Below are positions 31,098 through 32,000 of a DNA stretch of 32,000 bases, in pieces (positions within the stretch are counted from its first letter, which is position 1; the number at the start of each line of letters is the position of its first letter). The notes beneath the pieces were generated by a model, which did not search any database, had not been told where the DNA came from, and was given only the letters and a program-made list of their open reading frames with translations. The position numbers and the translations under genes are program-made. The DNA comes from Dickeya dadantii NCPPB 898 (lineage in GTDB: Bacteria > Pseudomonadota > Gammaproteobacteria > Enterobacterales > Enterobacteriaceae): assembly GCF_000406145.1 (NCBI RefSeq), contig NZ_CM001976.1, forward strand, positions 375,776 to 407,775, written 5' to 3'.

Positions 31098-31188
31098 CGA
31101 ATCGATCAGGCAACGGGAGGAAAAACGCTGTCATGCCGCCAACAGGCAGTTGCGGTTCGGCACCCACAAAAACAGCAGCGTCAGACAT
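31078..31188 (-). CDS. pyrL: pyrBI operon leader peptide
   Basis: 36-codon ORF ([36 protein letters not shown]) with a GGGAGG RBS 4 nt upstream. It reads through the attenuator hairpin as in E. coli pyrL. A T-rich pause tract (CTGCTGTTTTTGTGGG) lies early in the leader. Confidence 0.6.
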   Translation of the reverse strand: MSDAAVFVGAEPQLPVGGMTAFFLPLPDRFVKKAPR

Positions 31189-31235
31189 GTTCCCTCCCGG
31201 CAAATTGTCCGGAATTATACGCGCCGAAGAGGTGA

Positions 31236-31883
<648 letters not shown>

Positions 31884-31904
31884 TTCATTATTTTTATGAC
31901 AATA

Positions 31905-31932
31905 GGCTGTTGACAAACAGCCGCGTTGTTTT
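31905..31932 (+). terminator. Probable terminator after the tabA-like gene
   Basis: GGCTGTT-GACA-AACAGCC followed by GCGTTGTTTTG. Confidence 0.45.
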
Positions 31933-32000
31933 GTGAACGTGAAATCTGTCTAATCAGTGAATAGTTTCGTGCGGGATAAACGGCGCTGTTTCTTTGCAAT

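Overview
GC-rich chromosomal segment of an Enterobacterales genome. Gene order and protein sequences look Pectobacteriaceae/Yersiniaceae-like, but the genus cannot be fixed without a search. Conserved housekeeping blocks: yghB-metC, exbBD, the complete scrKYABR sucrose-PTS regulon, yhbP, nrdDG, a homocysteine-methyltransferase gene followed by a 4-gene Opp/Dpp-type ABC importer, ridA-pyrIB-pyrL, and a tabA/yjgK-like gene. Interspersed accessory insertions, several visibly AT-richer than their surroundings: (1) a solitary, full-length Cse1/Cas8e (CasA, type I-E Cascade large subunit) gene at 11990-13498. It sits behind an AT-rich spacer, with no other cas gene and no CRISPR array in the window. 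I rate this the most unusual object. (2) The 4-gene 'Anbu' cassette (circularly permuted ATP-grasp, alpha-E, transglutaminase-like protease, Anbu proteasome homologue; 24101-28045), whose function is unresolved. It is preceded by what reads as a sigma54 -24/-12 promoter plus an NtrC-type enhancer site. (3) A Qnr-family pentapeptide-repeat gene with a LexA-box-like site over its RBS. (4) A ParD-like/RelE-ParE toxin-antitoxin pair directly preceded by a perfect 9-bp x 9.6 tandem repeat. (5) An 18-bp x 4 tandem repeat at the SBP/permease junction of the ABC operon. All family assignments come from reading the ORF translations against sequences and motifs recalled from memory. No database search was run.
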